Part shown: positions 57,420-64,000 of the stretch, in pieces | How the letters are laid out: every line of letters begins with the position of its first letter | Position numbering within the stretch: the stretch's first letter is position 1 | Notes under the pieces: generated by a model | Databases searched by the model: none | What the model saw: the letters and a program-made list of their open reading frames with translations, nothing else | What the model was told of the DNA's origin: nothing | Assembly (NCBI RefSeq): GCF_000372725.1 | Contig: NW_005201192.1 | Coordinates: 248,001-312,000 of the forward strand | Reading direction: 5' to 3' | Length of the DNA stretch: 64,000 nt | Source of the DNA: Emiliania huxleyi CCMP1516 | Taxonomy: Eukaryota | Translations under genes and position numbers: made by a program

Positions 57420-58364
57420 TCACTCGGTCACCATGGCATCGAGCATGAAACGCAAGTCACCGCTCAACACTCGCCCGTTGCACTCCGCCTCCGACTCGTA
57501 GCCGGCCTTTCGGCGAAAGAGGTTGTCGTGGCAGCCAGCCATAGCCCGCCTCTTCCGGCTGCGCTCACTCTCTCCGCCCGCGCCTCCTCCCTGGGGCGGC
57601 GACAGGGCGACGCCGCGGGCGGCCAGCAACTTTTCCCGGTCGGTCATCGTTGCCGCCTTCTCCCACGCCCGCTGCACCTGGCTGTACGAGACCTGTCCCG
57701 CGTCATCCACGTACCCAAGGCCGGTGTCGGCGCCCGCGCCCGCATGCGCCGCCGCGGCAGCAAAAATGCCCGCCGCGCCTCTGCGGGACACCGCAGGAGC
57801 CACCATCCTCGGTGGGGCAGCCGCCTCGTCGCCTCGGTGCGCCAGCGACATGCGCGCGGCGCCCGCCCGCCGCCGGCCGCTCCGCAGCCGCCGAGGCGGA
57901 GAGGCTGTGCGCTTTGACGCTCCGACCCTCTCCTCGAAGAGCCGCACGAGGCTCTCGGGGTCGCAGAGGACTGGGAACAGGTGGCCCTGCGAGTCTGACG
58001 CGCCGCTGCCGCTGCCGCTCCGCTCTGCAAAGTACACCAGAAGCGGCAGCTCGGAGGATGGGTAGAAGGCAAACTCGGCGATATCGGAGTAGCGCCAGCG
58101 GTTGCGGCCGCCAACGGCAAAGTTCTCGCGTGGCCCGTTTGCGTCGAGGATCTCGAGCGCCTCAGAATCAAAGGCAAAGGAGACGGCCTCCGCCCGGGAG
58201 CCCAGAAAGGCGGAGAGGGCTCCGAGCGGTGGCGCGGCAGGAAGGCCGAGGCCAAATGGCGCGGCGGCGGCGGCAAAGGCGGCGGCGGCGGCGGCGTCGC
58301 GCAGGCGGTAGTCGGATTTGAGCACGAGCCGCTCCGCGTTGGCAGTGAGCAGCAGGGACAGCAT
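57420..58364 (-). CDS. DUF3119-like plastid protein with an additional C-terminal module
   Basis: FDSEALEI..ENFAVGGRNRWRYSDI..F..PLLVYF..QGHLFPVL matches my recollection of DUF3119. Confidence 0.7.
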   Translation of the reverse strand: MLSLLLTANAERLVLKSDYRLRDAAAAAAFAAAAAPFGLGLPAAPPLGALSAFLGSRAEAVSFAFDSEALEILDANGPRENFAVGGRNRWRYSDIAEFAFYPSSELPLLVYFAERSGSGSGASDSQGHLFPVLCDPESLVRLFEERVGASKRTASPPRRLRSGRRRAGAARMSLAHRGDEAAAPPRMVAPAVSRRGAAGIFAAAAAHAGAGADTGLGYVDDAGQVSYSQVQRAWEKAATMTDREKLLAARGVALSPPQGGGAGGESERSRKRRAMAGCHDNLFRRKAGYESEAECNGRVLSGDLRFMLDAMVTE

Positions 58365-58547
58365 TGTGCCGAGAGCTTCGCTTGCAGGGGCGGAGGCCGG
58401 GCGCCGCTTTCACAAAACAAAACGGTGAGCAGAATTAAGTTGCCGCCACTTTTCCTTCTTTCTTTTATTCCGCAGGACTGCTGACGGGGTTTGCGATGAG
58501 GAGCGATCCGAATATTTTATATAGCAACAACATCTCTCCCAAGCAAC

Positions 58548-59649
58548 CAGGCCTCTCAGTTCACGCCGGAATCGTGAACCGTGAACCGTGAACCAATTAG
58601 CCCCCGCCCCGAGTCCGTGAACCGTGATACGTGAACCGCCGCGACACCCGCCGCGAACCGTCACGAATCGAGTCTGGCGAACCGGCGTTGAACCGCCGGT
58701 TCGCGAACTGGGTTCGCGAGAACTGGTTCGTGAACCGCCCCCACCAAGTTCGCGCGGTTATCAACTACTTCGAACCGCGAACGACTGCGAATCAAACTCG
58801 ATTGGAGGCCTACTTGCCGGGCTCATAGTCCTTCTCGTGCTTGCGCATGTACTACAATGAAGGCGCGGTTCATGCGGAGTATCACCACCATCGAGTACTC
58901 CTCCGCGTTGAGACTGAGGCGGTGACGCGGTGCACCACCTGCTTGGCGCAGAAAGACTCGGCCATGAGGGCGCCGATCTGGCCGGTCGAGCAGCTCGCCA
59001 TCGCCGGGAGGAAGCCAAACCGTGGCTTCTCAAGGTCGCGGTAAATCCGTCCCTTGTCCAGGTGAAGCTGGTCGATGAGGTCGTCTTGAGGATCGAAGTC
59101 GTACTTGTCGTTCACGTTCTCCTGTGAAATTGCGCGATATGAGTTCGAAAGTAAAAAAATCCCTAAGTTATCGGCGTCGGAGGAGCGTAGGCGGCAACTG
59201 TAGGAATTCACTATTGTGATGTTAGAGGTGGGTTAAGAGGGAGATGTGCGCGAGCTGCGGGACCGCGCCGGGACGACGCTAGGGACGACGGGCGGGTGAT
59301 TGCCTCGCCGCCACTTTTTTGGCGACTTTTGGGACGCGCGATCGACAGGCCGAGAAGCGACATATGGCGGGCGAGGCCGTCACGGCCATGATCGTGGCTG
59401 ACGACGCCGGCGACAACCACTGGCGGACCGCCGCGAGGACCGGGAGGCGCCGAGGCAGGACAAAAAGGGCGAACCGCGAACCGTGAACGAATCGGGCGGG
59501 GCAGCGTCCGGGCCGAACCGTGAACCGTGAACCGACTAGCACCCGCCCCGAGTCCGTGAACCGCGAACCGTGAACGAACCGGGGGTACTAGTTCATGAAC
59601 CGGGTTCACGGTTCACCTCGTGTGTCGTGAACTGAGTCTGAGAGGCCTG
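58548..59649 (-). mobile_element. Internally deleted hAT transposon retaining a transposase C-terminal fragment
   Basis: TIR CAGGCCTCTCAG, 8-bp TSD CAAGCAAC (58540-58547, 59650-59657), subterminal (CGTGAAC)n repeats, and remnant FGFLPAMASCSTGQIGALMAESFC...VILRMNRAF. Confidence 0.92.
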
Positions 59650-60012
59650 CAAGCAACAAAATCTCTCCCACGATTAATTCTCGCGCACGTTACTCTTGGC
59701 CGAGGAGACCGGTCTGCCTCCACCACCACAAATGAGAACAACAAAACTCTCTCTCTCTCTCTCAAATGAGGACCGATTTGAGTTTTCACCACCCCAAATG
59801 GGGCCCTCAGCCTCCCCAACCAACTTCCCCTGGGCGACAAACAAGACAAGCGCCACGCACAGGGGGTGGGTGCCACAAAGGTGTGGCGGAGAGTAGCCGC
59901 CGCGGTGCCAACCGTGTCTCAAAGACCCCTATAAAAGAAAAACGCCGGACTCGTGGGTGGTTGTTTGGCGCCCGGGGCGCTGGACGAAGTAAACGCGTAC
60001 GGGCGTCTCGCC

Positions 60013-61889
60013 ATGGCGTTGTCGTGGACAAAGCAGGTCTGGACAAAGGAGGAGGACGCAGCGCTCATCGCCCTCATCGAGGCGAGCGGGGGCGGCAGCG
60101 AGGCTCGGTGGTGTCAGGTTGGTGTCGCGATGGAGGGGCGCAGTGCAAAGCAGTGCCGGGAGCGCTGGCTCAACCACCTCTCCCCCGACGTGAGCAAGCA
60201 GAAGTGGACGGCGGAGGAGGATCGTGCCATCATCGAGGCCGTCGCTCTGTACGGCACGCGCTGGTCCGAGCTGGTCAAGGCCTTCCCCGGCCGGACAGAC
60301 AGCGCCATCAAGAACCGGTGGAACGCGATGCAGCGCAAGGAGAAGCGGCGCGTGGAGCGGCTGCACGATCAGGCCATGGAGGCGCCGCCGGGAAGCGTCG
60401 ACGCACTCGCCCCCGCCCGCCGCCGCCGGCTGGTGCAAGAGAGTGACACGCGCCCCGCGGCCGCGCTCGCCCCCGTCGTCGTGGCGAGCGGCGGGGAGCC
60501 CCCCCCGGCGCTGCTGCAGCAGATGGCGGCGGTCGCGGCCTTGCCGCCGGACTGGAACCCTGCCGTCAAGGCGCGACCCACGCGTCCACTGCCCACGGCC
60601 GCCGTTTTGTCCCTGCCGCATCTCTGACCTCCGCCGCCCTCACCGCCGCCGCCCTCACCGCCGCCGCCCTCACCGCCGCTCCCCCCCCCCCCCCCCTCTC
60701 CTTGCGCAGGGCGGCGGGCGGAAGAAGAGAGCCGTCCACGCTCGCGACGATCTTGCCGCGGCGGACGCGCTCCTTGGGGCGATGGCGAGGGCCACGCATG
60801 CCTCGCTGCAACCGCCCGCGCCGCCTCTCTTCGCTGCGCAGCCCTCGCGAACGCTCGAGACCACGCAGCCGCTCGCCGGCGGCATGCCGGGCCTCGCCAG
60901 CGCCGCCGCTCCCTCGGCCGACTTGGCGGCTCCGCTAGCGTCGGTGGCGCGCGAGGCGGCGGGCGGCGAGGTCGGCGTGGGCGCGCCACTGGGCGCTCCT
61001 CGGTGAGACCGTCGCTTGCGAGCTACCCTCCCGAGACCCTCCTGAAGACGACCTCGGAGACACCGCTCGCTCTGCACCCCCCTCCCGCCGCCCCTCGCCC
61101 TCGCCCTCCGCTCGCCCGCTGCTCCGCAAGCCGCGCCCCGATGTGAAACTCATCTCGGCAAGCTGACTCCCGCGGCTATGGCGTCGCAGTTCTCCCGCCG
61201 CTGACACCCGCCCCGCCCCGCCCGCGCGCAGCCTCGACTCGCTCGGCGCGGCGGCCGCCCGGCCGACCCTCTCGCCCCTCTCGTCTCTCTCTGCCGCGTC
61301 GCGCGGCGCTCTCGAGGCGGCGCTGCGGCTTGCAGCGGCGGCGCTCCCCACTCCTCGCCCGCCGCCTCCTCTCGCTCCTCTCCCGCCGCCTCCTCTCCCA
61401 ACTCCTCTCGCCCGGATCGCCGCCCGGCCCTCCGCCCTGAGCCAGGGCCCCGGCCCGGCCGCTCCGCCTCCGCTTCTTCTCCCCGCCGCCGCCGCCGCCG
61501 CCGCCCCCGCCCCCGCCCCCGCCCCCGCCGCCTCCGTTGCCTCGGCGTCCACTTCCGGTGTGTCCACTTCTGGTGTGTCCACTTCGTGTGTCCCCACCGG
61601 CGGAGAGAGGACGGGCGCCATGCCGCCCGTGGTGCCGCCTCCGCTCGCGCCGCCGCTCGCGCCGCCGCTTGTGCCTGCGCCGGTGCCGGCGGCGGTGGCG
61701 GCGGCGGTGGCGGTAGCGGTGGCGACGACGGCGGCGGCGCCGTCGACGCCGCTCCTGCGCGCAGCCGTGTGCGTGCTGGACGAGCGAGACAAGGAGAACT
61801 CGCCGAAACCGGCGTCAACCCGCTCTGGCGGCAAGGAGCGAGCACGTCGCGGGGCGCGTCCACGACACGTCCACGGCGCCCTCCACTAG
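60013..61889 (+). CDS. R2R3-MYB transcription factor, multi-exon
   Basis: WTKEEDAAL..W..GRSAKQCRERWLNHLSPDVSKQKWTAEEDRAI..GTRWSELVKAFPGRTDSAIKNRW; low-complexity C-terminus, 3' end approximate. Confidence 0.92.
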
Positions 61890-62556
61890 GCGCGTCTGTT
61901 GGCTGCACACACGGCGCTCGCGATGTCGCCCAAGGTGCGCGGGCACGCGGCGCAGAGGCTGGTGCGCTCTGCGAAGGAGGAGGCGGCGGCGGCGGCCGGC
62001 AAGGAGGGGTGGGAGGCGGAGGGGAGGGAGACGAAGTCGGAGGTTGCTGCGCCGTGAGGAGGAGTGCAGGCAAGCACCGCGAGAGTCTCACAGGCGCCGC
62101 ACGTCGCAGCGGCCGCTGCTTGGAGAGGCGAAGGAGGTCACGCGAGAGCCGAGAGGCAGTACGTGATTCTTTCCGTCTGTCCCATCGCGTGTCCCGGGGA
62201 GAGCGCCGGGAAGTGTGGGTCGAGTGTGTGGAGAGACGCTAAGAGTCGGACTACCTACGTGTAGTCGCTACAGTTTATGCGAAACGCAATGCGCAGGAGG
62301 GACCCCGAGCACGGCTTCTTTTCCTGAAAATCCTGTTTGTGGTTTCTCTTGACGATGTCTTGAGAACATTGAAGGTTTGTCACGATTTAGAGCGCGGGAG
62401 CGACCGCGGGTCCGCGCCTGAGCGTAGTGTAGATCGTGTACACGCAGCGAGAGACCGTATACGGCTCAGTGTACAGTCTGTGACAGACGCGCGAACGCTC
62501 ACTCTCAGGATCACGTGTTCTTGAGCTGTGCCCGATTCAGTAGGGATGTGGTCGTG

Positions 62557-64000
62557 CTAGCTGACGCCCGAGTCGCACGGGAGCCTCAAATACTGGCCAC
62601 GGGTTCGCCACGCCCACGGCAAGAAGGAGTGGCGCGGGGAGGAGGCGAGCGCGACGAGGACGAGCAGCGCGGCCAGCGCCAGCGAGGCGGCGGGTCGGCG
62701 ACTAAAGGGCGCCGCGAGCCGCGTCTCGGCCCAGCACACGTTGGCCTCGTCGGTGAAGAATGGCGAGTCGGGAGCGTCTGGGGAGGAAGTTGCGGTCGAG
62801 TTGGGCACGCCCGGCAAGTCGACGAACATCCACAGCTCCGTGTGCTGCGGCGTGACGCGGAGGTGAGGGAGGAAGCGGGCGGCGGAGAAGGCCACCACCG
62901 TCCACGCATCCCCCACACCGAAAGACCAGTCGCGGCAGGACAAGCCGCCGCGCCGGTCGTAGTCTCCGTCCGCAACTCCCTCGCTCCCGTGGCCGCGCAG
63001 CGACACCTGCGGCTCGCCAGCAGAGCGTCAGCGGGCAAGGTGCCGGCGCGACGCACGCGGCTCGCACCGAGTTTGGTTGCGACGCGTCGTCCTCGCAGAC
63101 CACGCGCGCCGCCGCCGCCAGCGCTGCGCGCGCGAAGCTCGCGTTGCGCACCGGCGCCACGTCGACGCCGTCAGCAGGCGTGATGCCGAGCGCGGCACAG
63201 TTGACCACCTCCGGCCCCGCGGCCAGGAGCAGCAGCCCTGCAAGCCGAGAGGAGGGGAGCGAGGCTGAGCCACCTCGCAAGCGCTGGTCGGCGCCGGGCA
63301 AGCACAGTGATTCGCTCCTCCGAAGCGACTGCGGTGCGTGTGCAGCCAGGCGTGCAGCAGCCTGCCCGACGAAGGCATCTTCCCGGACCACCACGTGACC
63401 GAATCCGTGCTCGGCGCCGCGTACCGCTCCCACACGTCGGTGGGCAGCTCGCGCGACCGCGGCCTGCGTAGCCAGAACTTGCTCACCGGCTTGCAGTCCG
63501 CGTCGGGCGCGAGCGTGAAGGCGGCCTCGAGGTAGTAGGAGAGCTCGCTCGCGCCGCTAGCGTCGACGCGGACGTCGTTCACCTCCGCGTTCAAGTCGAT
63601 CTGCTCCGCCGACGTGACGACATAACAGTGCCCCTCTGGCAGCCGCGTGGCGTAGCCTGCCGCGCTCCTCGCCCCGACGCCAAAGTCGTCGCCGCGCGAG
63701 TAGTCACCGTGCGTCTCGAACCAGTGGCTGGCGCGCTCGCGGCCCACCGGAGGCTGCATCGCGCCGCTTCGCTCGGGCTTGCGCACGTGAACGTGGTGGA
63801 CGTGCAGAGGCGGGAAGCCGATCCGCGTGCCGGCTTCAGTCACGGGTGCGCCGACGAAGCTGACTACCCGGTCGCCGTCGTTCAGCAGACCACGCAGGGA
63901 GTGCGTCATGAGGCTTCTCCACTGGCCTGGCACGGAGAAGAAGGGTCCGAGCCGCACGCTGCGCAGCAAATCTCCGCCGCTGACCGCTCGCGAGCAGCGC
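62557..64000 (-). CDS. His-rich membrane-anchored protein, possibly with a copper monooxygenase-like fold; 5' end is outside the window
   Basis: PPLHVHHVHV, ETHGD, WLHTH and PQH motifs; C-terminal hydrophobic helix. Confidence 0.55.

Noticed and set aside
57060..57420. Short minus-strand ORF and the nearby duplicated ATCCGGGCGGCGGGATG
   Set aside because: No recognisable homology or element boundaries.
1..64000. Hundreds of long overlapping R/A/P/G-rich ORFs in the six-frame track
   Set aside because: These are the expected shadow ORFs of very high GC DNA, antisense or out of frame to the recognised genes.

Overview
GC-rich, intron-containing eukaryotic algal DNA. It is most consistent with a haptophyte such as Emiliania/Gephyrocapsa huxleyi, inferred from GC-AG introns, 10-11 bp intronic satellites, bipartite plastid-targeting peptides and TTAGGG-type repeats. 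About 30 protein genes or gene fragments are supported. They include a CDF metal transporter, two fucosyltransferase-like genes, cysteine synthase, a plastid phosphate translocator, a mitochondrial-carrier protein, an EIPR1-like WD40 protein, a rhomboid protease, an aldo-keto reductase and two MYB factors; there are also two assembly gaps. The most notable unexplained structure is: (1) three elements with TTGGCC-type termini and exact 8-bp target-site duplications, one carrying telomeric arrays; (2) introns associated with 15-25 bp duplications of the exon end, including one AG|GT tandem-duplication intron; (3) two dispersed motif families that always lie just upstream of start codons in gene orientation; (4) a putatively plastid-targeted disordered protein with three FCGM repeats, resembling a linker protein; (5) a K-channel-like protein with an altered filter. 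Exon boundaries and gene ends were read by eye and are approximate, and family calls come from recognised motifs, not database searches.
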